Assembly: GCA_013239625.1 (NCBI GenBank)
Contig: MU053933.1
Coordinates: 2,443,026 to 2,507,025 of the forward strand
Reading direction: 5' to 3'
Origin: Lama guanicoe
Lineage: Eukaryota
DNA length: 64,000 bases
Of this stretch, positions 51,013-63,649 are shown piece by piece. A model generated the notes under the pieces. The model searched no databases. It had not been told where the DNA came from and saw only the letters and a list, made by a program, of their open reading frames with translations. Within the stretch, counting starts at the first letter, position 1. Each line of letters starts with the position of its first letter. Position numbers and translations under genes: made by a program.

Positions 51013-53089
51013 GTTTTTTTCATCTGTTTTTTAAACATTTTTTCTGGATTTATAATAATTTTACAATTCTGTGTCAAATTCCAGTGTAGAGCACAATTTT
51101 TCAGTTATACATGAACATATATATATTCATTGTCACATTTTTTTCTCCGTAAGCTACCATAAGATCTTGTATATATTTCCCTGTGCTGTACAGTATAATC
51201 TTGTTTATCTATTCTACAATTTTGAACTCCCAGTCTATCTCTTCCCACCCTCCGCCCCCTTGGCAACCGCAAGTTTGTATTCTATGTCTATGAGTCTATT
51301 TCTGTTTTGTACTTATGCTTTGTTTTTGTTTGTTTGTTTTTTTGTTTGTTTTTTAGATTCCACACATGAGTGATCTCATATGATATTTTTCTTTCTCTTT
51401 CTGACTTACTTCACTTAGAATGACATTCTCTAGGAGCATCCATGTTGCTGCAAATGGCATTATGTTGTCGGTTTTTATGGCTGAGTAGTATTCCATTGTA
51501 TAAATATACCACATCTTCTTTATCCAGTCACCTGTTGATGGACATNNNNNNNNNNNNNNNNNNNNNNNNNNNNNNNNNNNNNNNNNNNNNNNNNNNNNNN
51601 NNNNNNNNNNNNNNNNNNNNNNNNNNNNNNNNNNNNNNNNNNNNNNNNNNNNNNNNNNNNNNNNNNNNNNNNNNNNNNNNNNNNNNNNNNNNNNNNNNNN
51701 NNNNNNNNNNNNNNNNNNNNNNNNNNNNNNNNNNNNNNNNNNNNNNNNNNNNNNNNNNNNNNNNNNNNNNNNNNNNNNNNNNNNNNNNNNNNNNNNNNNN
51801 NNNNNNNNNNNNNNNNNNNNNNNNNNNNNNNNNNNNNNNNNNNNNNNNNNNNNNNNNNNNNNNNNNNNNNNNNNNNNNNNNNNNNNNNNNNNNNNNNNNN
51901 NNNNNNNNGCCTTTGTCGGTTTCACTTGCAAACATTTTCTCCCATTCCGTAGATTGTCATTTTGTTTTACTTATGGTTTCCTTTGCTGTGCAGAAGCTTG
52001 TAAGTTTCACTAGGTCCCATTTGTTTATTCTTGCTTTTATTTCTATTGCTTGGGTTGACTGTCCTAGGAGAACATTTTTGAGATGTATGTCAGATAATGT
52101 TTTGCCTTTATTTTCCTCTAGGAGGTTTATTGTATCTTGTCTTATGTTTAAGTCTTTGATCCATTTTGAGTTGATTTTTGTGTATGGTGTAAGGGAGTGT
52201 TCTAGCTTCATTTCTTTACATGCTGCTGTCCAGTTTTCCCAGCACCATTTGCTGAAGAGACTGTCTTTATTCCATTGTATATTCTTGCCTCCTTTGTCAA
52301 GATTGACCAAAAGTTTGTGGGTTCATTTCTGGGCTCTCTATTCTGTTCCATTGGTCTATATGTCTGTTTTTATACCAATACCATGCTGTCTTGATGACTG
52401 TAGCTCTACAGTATTTTCTGAAGTCTGGGAGAGTTATTCCTCCAGCCCCTTTCTTTCTCTTCAGTAATGCTTTGGCAATTCTAGGTCTTTGATGGTTCCA
52501 TATAAATTTTATAATGCTTTGTTCTAGTTCTGTGAAATATGTCCTGGGTAATTTGATAGGGATTGCATTAAAACTGTAGATTGCCTTGGGCAGTGTGACC
52601 ATTTTAACAATGTTGATTCTTCCAATCCAGGAGCATGGGATGTTCTTTCCATTTTGTAAAGTCTTCTTTAATTTCCTTCATCAATGGTTTATAGTTTTCT
52701 GTGTATACTTCTTTCACCTCCTTGGTTAGATTTATTCCTAGGTATTTTATTACTTTGGGTGCTATTTTAAAGGGGATTGTTTTTTTTCTTTCTTTTTCTG
52801 TTGATTCATCATTAGTGTAAAGAAATGTGACTGATTTTTGAACATTAATCTTGTAACCGGCTACCTTACTGAATTCTTTGATCAGCTCTAGTAGTTTTTG
52901 TGTGGACCTTTGAGAGTCTTCTATATATAGTAACATGTCGTTGGCATATTGTGACACTTTTACCTCTTCTTTTCCAATTTGGATCCCTTTTATGTCTCTC
53001 TCTTGCCTGATTGCTATGGCCAGGACTCACAGGACTATGTTGAATAGGAGTGGTGATGGTGGGCAGCCTTGTCTTGTCCCAGATTTTAG
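51013..53089 (-). mobile_element. Young 5'-truncated L1 (RT to C-terminal ORF2 plus 3' UTR) with several frameshifts
   Basis: ORFs 52604-52957 ([10 protein letters not shown], an RT YADD-like motif), 52297-52602, 51957-52310 and 51353-51545 are L1 ORF2 pieces. TSD core TTGAGAG at 51006-51012 and 53090-53096. Confidence 0.95.
51546..51908. other. Assembly gap (363 N) inside the young L1
   Basis: Run of N. Confidence 0.99.
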
Positions 53090-53715
53090 TTGAGAGTTCT
53101 TTATGAATTCTGGATACGTGTCTTTTCAGACATACAGTTGACAAGTACTTTCTCCCAGTTTGTAGCTGGTCTTTTCAGTCTCTCAGTAGTGTCTTTTGAA
53201 GAGCAGAAATTTTAAGTTTTGATAAAACCTAGTTTATCAATTTGCTCTTTTATGACTCAGCCTTTTGGTGTTGAATCTAAGCAATCTTTGCCTAACCCAA
53301 ATTCACAGAGATTTTCTCCTGTGTATTCTTCTAGATATTTTATAGTTTGGGGCTTTATATTTAGATCCACGATCCGTTTTTGAGTTAACTTTTGTATATG
53401 GTGCCGAGTATAGATAAACTTTCATTCCCCACCCCCACATGGCTAGCTAATTGTTCCCACACCATTTGTTTGAAAGATTCTCCCTTCTCCACTGAACTAC
53501 CTTTGCATGTTTGTCAAAAAACAGTTGTTCATATATGTGTGGGTCTTCTTCTGGACTTCATAGAAACACCCTGTCTTGGTGTCTACCTTTACAAAGTCTT
53601 TAATCAGGGAGTGAAAGTCCTCCAACCTCGCTCTTCTCCTCCACAGTTACCTTGCCTATTAGGTCCTTTGCATTTCCTTAGTGGCTTTACAGTAAGTTTG
53701 TCAAATCCTACCAAA

Positions 53716-53718
53716 AAA

Positions 53719-53767
<49 letters not shown>
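53716..53767. repeat. (AAAT)13 microsatellite
   Basis: 13 perfect units counted directly. Confidence 0.97.
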
Positions 53768-53769
<2 letters not shown>

Positions 53770-53893
53770 AAGAGCCTTCTGGAACATTGGCTGAGAGTTT
53801 GTTAAATCAATAGATCAATTTGGGGATCAATACCTTAAGGACATTGAGGCTTCCAACCCAGGATGGCAGAATGGCTCCCCATTTCCTCAGGTC

Positions 53894-54807
53894 TGTTGGC
53901 AGATGGAGGCACCCCTAAATGAGAAAGCCCCCAAAAGTGTGGGATCCTGGTTGCCAACTGCAAAAGCACTCGCACAACAGAGGCAGAGATATAGGGGGCA
54001 CAGCTGCTTTATTGCTCAGAGGTGGAAAGGGAAGGAAAGTGCTGGAGCAGGGAGGAGGGAAGAACAGCTCTCGAGCGAGGAGGCGGCGCTGGAAGAGGAA
54101 GAGACGTGGGGAGCCGTCAGCCAACATTGGTGGCAGGGACGGCGCCAGCCAGCGTCAGGCCACGTGGACTTTGACGAGGGGCCTCCACTACCATGCCTCC
54201 TTCTGGGTTGATGGAGCTAGTCAGTCCTTGTACAGGCTTTTCAGTCTTCCTGTGGGCTTTTCCGGTTGTTGTCATGGCAACTGGCAACTGTCATGGCGCT
54301 GGTGGGTGTGTCATTTAGCAGCTAACACATTACAGTGACCGGACAATGAGGCTCAAGGTCCACTGGAAGTCAGATCCTCCATCATCTTGGACTCCTTTGG
54401 TTCTAGCCAGTTCGTGTTTCTTCTCTGCAGCTGCCCCTGGGGACTAAGATAAGAGTAGCTGGTTTCTATTTGGGGGAGGGCAGGAGTGCGATCCGGGGGC
54501 AACTGCCTTGGTAGCAAAAGAAAAGTTGCTTTTAATCAAAATGCCTGCAATCTGGTGGACCCAGCACCCCCCTCAACCCGTCTCCAAATATTCTGTTCAG
54601 TGGTGGAATTTTATAGGGAAATGAAGGAATGATCTCAGTTACTGGTTGGGGCAGGTGGTCAGAGTGGGTGCCGCCCCCAGTACCTGCAGCTTGTCCTCGT
54701 CCACTGCTGGAGCTGCGCGTCTGTGACTCGGGGAGCCTGGGAGGCCAGCTTTCCTATAAACAGGATGCGAGGTCGGGGTAGGGGGTGCAGGGTCCTGCTC
54801 CCTGTCA
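53894..54807 (-). mobile_element. Outer solo LTR (ERV1 class), split by an inner LTR
   Basis: Begins TG, ends CA, with 4-bp TSD GGTC (53890-53893 and 54808-54811). The host L1 continues on both sides. Confidence 0.75.
53938..54516 (-). mobile_element. Inner solo LTR (ERV1 class), 579 bp
   Basis: Begins TG, ends CA, with 4-bp TSD AAAG (53934-53937 and 54517-54520). tttatt (AATAAA on the - strand) near 54008. Confidence 0.75.
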
Positions 54808-57800
54808 GGTCCTCTGTAACTTCTCTCAGCGAAGTTTCGTTGCTTTATGTGTGCAGGTCTTTCACATCTTTTGTCAGATTTATCCTTAAATAGTTTCTGT
54901 TCATTCAACTATAAATAGCATCATTCTTTCCCCTTCAGTTTCCGGTTGCTGACTGCTCGACATAGGCTCACACGCTGACCTTGATTCTGTGGCCGTGACT
55001 CACCAGCTCTAGCAGAAGTGTCTTTTGAAGATGCCAGTAGGCCTTCTGTGTAGACGGACACGTCACCTGCATGTGAAGACCGTTCCCCTCCCTCCTCCCC
55101 AGTCATGACGTCAGCCTTCCATTTCCTTCCGGCCTAGCCTGGGCGCGGTGGCGAGAGCCCCCGTCCCCTCCTGTTCCTGGGCTGAGGGGAGGGCATCCAG
55201 CCGCACCCGTGAGGCCGACGTCAACTGGAGGCTCTTTGTAAATGCCCTTTATCAAGAGGAGGAAGTTCCTTCTCTTTCTAGTTCGCTGGGAGCTGTTATC
55301 AGAGGGGCTGTTGCATTTTGTCGGCGCTCTTCCTGCTCCCCTGAGAGAATCGCATTGTTCTGTCAGTGTGCGGCATGACGAATTGCACTGATTGAACTTT
55401 GAAAGTTAGATCAACTCTGAATTCTTGGGCTAAACTATGATGTGTTATGTTTTTTTATGTAGTGTTGGATTCAGTTTAGTAAACTTGTTTAGAATTTTCC
55501 ACCTACATTCGTGAGAGATATTTGTCTGCATTTTTCCCCCTGGTGACTTCTCATCTGATTTGTGGATCAGGAGGATGCTGGCCTCATAGAATGCCTTGGG
55601 AATAATTCCTTTCTTTTCAGTTTTGTGGAAAAGTTTCGGTAGAATTGCTCCGAGCTGTGCCTTAACTGTCTGAGAGAATTTCTGTGCCACCATCCAGGCC
55701 TGGTCCTTTCTTTGTGGGAAGGCTTCCAACCACAAATTTACCCTGCGAATCTTTCCTCTGCCGCGTACTTGGGGACCCTGTGTCTCCCCTGCTCTCAGCA
55801 TGCAGGTCGCTCCCCTCTGGCACCTGGCCGCACGCTGCCCTGCCTTGCTCCCCCCGGATGCTCAGCATCGCGAGCTCAGGCTGCCCACCAGGCTCCGCGA
55901 GGCCCCCCGCCCCACACCGTGGCCTGGCATCTGCACACGCAGCTGGCCGGTCTTCCATCGGGCTAACCTCCGGCTTCGTGGCTCTTTGTCACTTATGTCC
56001 AGGGCCTTGAAAATCCTGGTTTCATATGTTTTGTCTGTGTTTTGGTTGTTTCAGGTAGGAAAGTAATCCAGCCCCTGTCACAGCAGCTTGGCTAGAAGAG
56101 GAAGTTTACCAGAAAGTGACACGTTTATTATAAGAAATCAAAGAACTGCAGAGACGTATGAAGGAAAACCTGAGCATCGCATAGGCAGTGTGCACATCTG
56201 ATGTCCGTGATGGTGTGGTGTGTCCTAGTCTACTCTGCCCACCCCAGCAGAGGGGGCCCCACCCCCACCCCAGCCTCCTGCCACCACCAGGCCAGCTTGG
56301 GGCTCAGAGAGGCTGGTGGGTGCCCCGGGACCTTGACCTGCCCAGGCCCTGGGGGAAGCAGCCTGTCTGTGTGGGAAAACCCCACCACCACCGGGTCCCC
56401 TTCCACTGTGTGTAGATGAGTCTTGGTGCGGCATTCCTGAGACCGCATCCTAAAAAAGGAATTTCTGGGTCAAAGTGTGGGAGCCCTTGGCTCTGCCATA
56501 TCTCCCTCCAGGAAGGTGGACTATTAAAGCAACAGACAACGCAGAGGTCACAGAAGCCCCAGAAGCCCCAGAAGCCCCGAGGCCACGCGGGATCCTGCCT
56601 GGCCGTGACCGCGACAGGTCTGCGCTGGCACTCGGGGTGTCGTCTGGCTCCCTGTAGCTGGTGGGCACCCTGTTTCCTGCCGTGGGGGCCGCAGTCCTCA
56701 GCGCCCACCACCACAGAAGCTGTGACGATGGACCACACCCCCCCAGGGCCTGCGCCCTGGAGCTCTGTCTCTCCGTCCCCGCAGCGCCCGCAGCTCAGAG
56801 GAGCGCCCTCCTGCTTCTCCATCCTGTTGGTTGGCCGCATGAACATGGCCTATCTTCTGGAGGTCCTAGACCCCCCGCCTCTGAGAGGTCAAGAGGCCAG
56901 ATGCTTGGGGAACCACCCGCAGATTTGACCTCATTCACCCGCAGCCCTCTGAGACCCCCAGCCTGGCCTGGGGCCCTGGCGGCTCCTGCGGAGAAGCCCC
57001 CTCCCCGGGAAGCGCTCCGTCCAGCAGCTGGGCAGCTGCCTGGGTGGAAGTGGGACCGGCAGTTGGCCCGTGTTCTCTGTCCAATTAGGTATCTCTGTCC
57101 ATTTGTCGATAAGTGCGCGACCGGAGGGAGGCAAAACCCAAATGTAAGCGGTTGGGCTGCTTCACAGCGACGTACTCATTAGGAAGCAGGTGGAGCATCT
57201 CACGAGGCCCGCCCTTGGACCCTTGCTTTCATTTCTCTGGAAGGACCGCTGAAGGCGCGCGGGGGCGCAGCAGGGCGCCTCCGAGGTGATCAGGGAAGGG
57301 GCTTTAAGCAGGAGTCCACGGCCAGCTAGCTTCTGGGGCGACTGCGCCCCTTGAGCTGTGCAGCCCCAGGGGAGGCAGTGTGTGTGTTCCTGGTGACAGA
57401 CAGCCAGACCTCCCGCTGTGGGGGTGTCAGGGCCGGGGCGGGGTGGTCCACTGACATACCTCAGCAGCAGGTGGGTGACCAGGGGGCCGTCTGTCATGAA
57501 ACCTCAGGCGGGACAGACAGCCCCGCCGGGGAAGCCCGGGAGCTGGGGAGCCACCTGGCCAGGGGAGGCCTGGGGTGAGGCCCTGTCCTGCGGCTGGAGA
57601 GCTGGGGGCCTTGTGACTGGCTGGAGGCCCCGCCCCTGTTTTGCCTGGAGGACGACCAGTTCGTGGGCGAGCAGCGCCAGGCCCAGGCGGTCCAGCGCCG
57701 CCCGCGAGTTACTGGACAGCGGACCTGGGACTTCTCACCAGCAGGGCATTGCGTTCCCACAGCCCCTGCTAAGGGGTGCCGGGCGGGGGCGGGCCCCCTC

Positions 57801-58068
57801 TGCCGCGCTATTAATAGCTTTGCTCTCCCTTTCATTACAGAATTAATGTGTGTTCCTTTTAGAAACTTGAGAACGCGTAGAGGGGCCAAGGGAAGACAGT
57901 AAACCTCCTGGAATTCCAGCCGCCCTGATGAAGCCAGGTTGGTGTTTGCTCGTCCTGCGGCCTTCCAGACGCGCGGGACCCGGCTGTTCATGCCGTTTGG
58001 TGCCCCTTGCCTTCTTTCTTAAGATGGCGTTACAGCCTCCGTGATGATCTTTTCTTTAACAGATTGAT

Positions 58069-58181
58069 TTTATGTTTTGTTTTTGGTGGGGAGGAAGGTA
58101 ATTAGCTTCATTTATTTAGCAGAAGTTCCGGGGATTGATCCCGGGACCTCGGGCACGCTAAGCACGCGCTCTCCCCTCCCC
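58069..58181 (-). mobile_element. Camelid tRNA-derived SINE (vic-1-like)
   Basis: The reverse complement ggggaggggagagcgcgtgcttagcgtgcccgaggtcccgggatcaatccccggaac...aaataaatgaagctaattaccttcctcccc has a tRNA-like head, a B-box-like motif and an A-rich tail. Confidence 0.75.
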
Positions 58182-61100
58182 GCACACCCTGTCTTTCCAC
58201 GTCGCGGTGTGAGTGCCGGCCGGGTCACTGTGAGCCTCACCACTTCGGCACGTCCCGCGCCTGCTGGGTGCGTAGACCAAGCCCATTTTACCCAGCCCCT
58301 TGGGCAGACGGGTGGTAATTTCCAGATTTTCCCTCTGTGAATAATGCAGTGACGAACACCTGGAGCGGACCTTGAGTCTTTTTTTCTGCCTGACGGCTAC
58401 TCGGAGACCCCATTCAGACCACACGATCTGAACAGAGCTGACCATTTTTCTGGCCCCAGACGTGGGTGCGTGAGGCAGGCTTGACACGTCATCCTGGTCA
58501 GAGATCGGATCAAGAAGGGTCGTGCGGCCTGAGCTGAGCCATTGGAACCCTCTGGGGAAAGGGGACCCCCTACGTTCCTGGAGCTCCCTAGCCGTGGGGG
58601 CCCCTCGGGGCCACCCTGGAGGGAGAGCCACCGCAGAAAGGAGCAGATTCCTGGCGTGAGGGCAACTCCTCTGGGCTCCTGGCCTAGACAGGCCTGATCA
58701 CAGTCCCTTGACTGTCTCTGTTGCATCAGCCAGTGGTGCTGTCTGCTCGTCTGGGCAGGAGACACACAGACAGTGGGCCCGGGTCTGTGACTGGGGGTGT
58801 CTGGACAGATTCAGGATGGAAGCAGGAGTTGGGGGTGCCCGTGGCAGTGCTGGGCGGGGAGGCATGGTGGGGCGGAGGCCTCCTCGGCGCCCGCAGGGCC
58901 GCCTTCGGTAGAGTGCACCCTCCACCCCGTCGTGGGGTCTTGGACTCGGCCTGGGGTGGGGAGGGGGTTGCTTACCAAGGCCAGGGGTGTTGTCTCCACC
59001 CCAGCTCAGCTCACACCGTCCCAGAGTGAAGACAGCACAGCCGTGCCCAGGCAGCCCGTCTGACGCGGCAGGGTCCCGGCGGACAAGGGCGGCGTGGCTG
59101 TGCCCCTCCAGCTGGGAAGGCAGCTGCTCTTCCCCAGACTGAGGCCGGGTGAGGCTGAGCCCAGAGGACGCCGGTGCGGCGCCCACTCCTCCGCCCCTAC
59201 CCCCCGCACCCCTGCGGGCTGCTGTCTGAGCATCCCCAGGCGCAGCCCCTCCTCCCAGCCGCGGTGCCCTCATTTCTTCAGCGTGGTCCTGAGAGCTGGA
59301 CATCCCAGGCCAGGGTTTTGGTCAGAGGTCAAGGGTTTTGACCTTTTTCTCCTTTTGTTTAGTGTTCCCCCTCCCACCCCGACAACTGAGTGAACTCAAC
59401 CAGCCCATAGAGACCCCAGCCACAAGGTCGTGGTGGGTCCAGCCCCGGGCAGCCGGGCCTCCCCACCCTCCGTGGGGCGTGGACAGTCCGTCGCTGATGC
59501 CCCCGGCCCCTCTGCTCTGCCTGTGGCTGCCGGGGATAAAGAAGCGAAGTGTTGCCCTGCCCGGCCCCCCAGCCCAGACCGTCCAGCTGGGCTATCCAGG
59601 CCGTAGCCGGGGGCCTTGTCGGCAATGCCTGGTCCCCTGCTTCCGTGGCCCAGTCATTCACACGGGGCCTGGGTTATGCCATCCTGAACACCCGCGGGGA
59701 CACAGGTCACTAGGGGCTGCAGTGAGCCCCCAGGGGCCTCTGCGTGGGCTGCGGGGGGCGGCGCCCCGCTTTCCTCTGTGAGTCAGAGGTGGGACTGGGG
59801 ACAGGGCTCCAGCGGGACCAAGGCAGAGGGGCCCCAGGGGGAGGCGGAGGGGACGCCACCAAGGAATGTGACCGCTGTGGTGACCCTGTGACGGTCCCAG
59901 GGCCTCTGACGAGGCGTGGGAGGGCCACAAGGACAGTCTCGCGGGCAGCCCTTCACGTGGGGGGTGGGGTCAGGCAAGAAGGAGAGCGCTCGGGGGCTGG
60001 GCTGAGGGCTCTGCGCACAGCTCCCCCTCGTCAGGCTGACCCCTGGGGGCCGGGGGGGTGCTGAGGGCCCCCCGGGGGGTTGCTGGCCCAGAGCAGCAGT
60101 GGCTGCAGGCCGGCCACTGCGGAGGAACCACTGGGCTTTCTGTTGGTTCTGTGCGAGCCCCACCCCTGGCGCAGGTGCTGCTCTGACCAGATAAAGAAGT
60201 AATGAAAGGAAAGGCCGAGGTGGCCGTGCACACGTTCAGCCCGAGCCCGCCGAGGGCCCTGGTCGAGACGAGCCTCCCAGGTCCTGTCCTCCAGCCGCTG
60301 CTCAGGCCGACATGCGTCAGAGACCTTCTCTTGCCAGATAAGCGTCAGCCCCGGACGCCTGGGGGCAGAGGGACCTGGAGTCGGTCCGGCCCCAGCAACC
60401 CTGCATCCTCCCTGCAAGCTGGATCGGGACGAGGAAGGTTCAAGTCCCCCCAGCCTGTCTCCTCCTGTCCCCCGGCGCCAGGTCCCAGCGTGGGCGCCAC
60501 CGGTGCCAAAGTCAGCAGCAGGCCCGGAAGGGAGCGCGGCCTTATCTGCCGCACTGTTTTCCTTGCAGCTCTCCGCACCCCCGCTGGCTGCAGACTCTCA
60601 CCCCTGCCTGCCATGCGACATTCCCAGACATTCTTTGGGCCTCTGGGCTCCTGGCATCCTGGTGGGCGGCGCTGGGAAGCAGCCCTGCTCTGGCTCCCAC
60701 ACGCCCGGCTCTGTCGCTGCCGGGGCTCCGGCCAGGCCATTGGTCACCACTGGGTTTTTGTGGGCAGCAAACCCAGGGGCTTGGTTCCCACACTGACTCC
60801 CAGGTCGCCCACTTCAGTTGCCAGGGTTGACCCTTGGGGCCTGGGCGTGGGCCACCATGCTGTGGGCAGACGAGGGACGGGCTCTGAGGAGGGAGCAGCC
60901 CAGGTGGCCAGGTGGTCAGGGCGGAGCACGTGGGCAGCTCCTGTGGGCCTCAGGGAGTGCAGTCTGCCCGGCGTCAGTGCCCGGGCAGCGGGGACGTGGC
61001 CAACCCGTCCCCACCAACGCCCCCATTCTGCAGGTGAAGACTGAGGCTCTCAGGTGTGGCATGGAGACAGCAGCCAGTGGGCGCACACACTCCGTGGCGC

Positions 61101-63649
61101 CTGCATGAAAAGGAGTCTGAGATCCTAGGACGACCTCAGAACAAACTGCCACGTGGTGTGCACAGGCTGAGAAGACTGCGTAAAACAGAACCGAGCTCTC
61201 CCCGGAGCGCGAGCAGTTCGGCCGCTCACGGGGCTGATGTGCGTCCTGTTCCGCGGGATGAGCCCGGGCGTCTGCGTCAGGCGCTCCACGTCGCCACAGC
61301 CTCCACACGGGGACCCCAGCTTCCAGCCTCACGCCTACACAGCCAGCAGCGAGCACCTGGGCCGGCCTGGCCTGTGGGCACTCGTCCTGCGATGCCCGTG
61401 TGGGGCCACGGGGCTGGTGGAGGGCCGAGACCATTGCAAGTCTGCTGCCACCGTCTGGGGCCCGCCTCCCTGACGGAGGGCCGTGGTGGCTGTGGTCTGG
61501 GAGGTCACTGAAGGGTTTCCAGCAGGTCTGGTGCTGGGTGTACCCTTTTTTGAAGGCTGTGGATGGCTGGGGGGGGGGCACCACTGGCTGAGACGCCGCC
61601 GTCCCCACCAGCCCCCGTTTCTAGAGCTGGCCTTTCACGTGGCCCCATTTGTGGGTCATGGACAGAAAACCTCGGGGGCCCAGGCCTGGATCTGGGGCTA
61701 CCTGCCCTGGTCCTGGGCCGCGGCTCCGGGCAGGCATGTTGGGCTGGAGTGGGGATGATGGTGGGAGACACAGAGAGCGGCCCCAGAGGAGGGAGGTGAG
61801 AGGGAGCCCCACAGGGGCCAGACCCCAGGACGGAGGGCACAGCCCTGACCCTCCGGTTTCCGTGAGAAGCAGAGGCACTGCCTGGTGCTGGGGGCCAGGG
61901 GCCCGGGCCTGGGAGCCGGCTCCAGGGCAGAACCACGTCCTGCCTCGTCCTGCTTCCGGTGGCTGTGATGTCCTTGACCTGCACCCCCCTCTCCGTCTCA
62001 AGGCCAGCCACGTGCGGGCAAGGCCTCCTCACCTCAGGCCACTCCATCCTTCTCTCTCCTGCCTCCCGGTCCATGTCAAGGGCCTGGCGTTGTGTGGGGC
62101 CCACTCCGTCAGCTAGGAGAACCTCCCGACTGACTGCAGCCTTCGTCCCCTCCACATGTAAGTTAATGGGTCCTTGGTTCTAGGGATGGGGACATGGCTA
62201 TCCTTAGAGCCACTATTCTGCTGACCTCCATCATCGAGACTCCTGCAGGGAGGAGCCCCTGGCTCTGCACTGGGGTGGAGGACCCAGTGGAGGACACTGG
62301 CCATCAGGAGAGGTCCAGACCTCGCCTGTGGGTCTCCGGGCAGTGGGCAAGGGGAGGAGCGTCAGCAAGGACGTCCGCTCCTCCAACGGGGGTCCTCCCC
62401 TGGGTGTCAGATCACCTGGGTGCCTGTCAACCATGAGGGAGATTCTCAGAGTCAGGGACGCAGCAGTGTTGGGTGGGTCTTCTCAACCGTAATCCATGGA
62501 TCTCCTGGGGATTGCCAGGACCCAGTGCAGCGTTCGGTGTGGCCTGGATGCCAGTGGTGCTGCCCGGAAACCTCGCTGTGTGTGTCAAGAGGAAAGGGGA
62601 TGGGGCGGTAGCACGGCGCACCCGGAAAGGTCGGAGGGTCAGGACCAAGGACAGCCCCGGGCACAGTGGACGCTTGGCCTCGAGCCCAGCCAGCTCAGCC
62701 GGGTGACGGCCAGCGGCCAGGCCCTGAGACAAGGATGTGCTGCGCCCGCAGTCAGATGTCAGCAGTTCTGCTCTGGGCGCCTCGCCCAGGGACGGACAAG
62801 GACACTGTCCACGGCGCCATCAGCAACAGCAGGGCCTTGGAAAACCCTGACGGCAGATAAATCAAAGCCTGGCTCCACCTTCGGGAACGACTCTGGAACC
62901 CTGTCCCCGCCGCCTGTCCAGGCCCAGCTGCCCCCTGTTCTGCCCTTGCACCCACCCCCCATCCCGAATGCAGCAGCCGGAGTTGCCTGTCCCCAGGGCT
63001 CCCACCCCCAGGAGAACCTGGCCCCATGGGACCTGCCGCCCTCTGACCTCACACCTCCACCCCCACCACACTCCCGCCGCCCCTGGTGGTCAGCCGGCTG
63101 GCCCCGTCTTCCTCCAGCTAACTGCACCACCTGTGACCTGCCCGGCAGTGTGGCCTCTGCTCTGTCCAGCACTGGCAGAGTGCCCGGTAAATGAGTGAAC
63201 AGCCACGGACACCACCACACGGAGCAGAATCATCCAGAAGCCAAGGCACCAGCTGGACGCATGTGTGCAATCGGGACAGATGACAAGGAGACGCTGAAGA
63301 GCTGTGACATCCGCCCTGAGCCTCTCTGTGTATGCCCGCTGCCCAGACAGCCATGGCTCACAGAGACACGCGGGTGCCAAGGAAGCAGCGAGGGGGCTGG
63401 CAGGGCGACGGGGCCCAGAGCCGCGTCCTGGGAAGAGGGGACCGGTGGATGGGACCATGTGGCAGGTAACCGAGGAGGTGAGAGGTCAGAAGCCGAGAGA
63501 GGGGTGGAACAGCCAATGCAAGGCCCTGGGGGCGGCGGGGTCCAGGCCAGGAGAGACGCAGGGACCGAGCTGGGTGGCCCAAATGTCCTTGCAGACCAGC
63601 CGCCTCCCAGGGCTGCACAGCCTCACCCTGCACCACAGGGGTGCAGCTT

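Larger units (their letters stand above)
50330..55760 (-). mobile_element. Old L1MB-like element (3' UTR plus ORF2) hosting later insertions
   Basis: 3' end at about 50335. The sequence resumes collinearly after each insertion (53090, 54808). ORF2 remnant ILPKLFHKTEKKGIIPKAFYEASILLI in ORF 55445-55801. Confidence 0.8.

Noticed and set aside
56551..56578. (CAGAAGCCC)3 short tandem repeat, also a 10-mer doublet near 15579-15600
   Set aside because: Trivial local slippage repeats with no spacers, so not CRISPR-like.
58120..58181. Possible tRNA gene
   Set aside because: The cloverleaf is incomplete and is followed by a SINE body and A-rich tail, so this is a SINE head.
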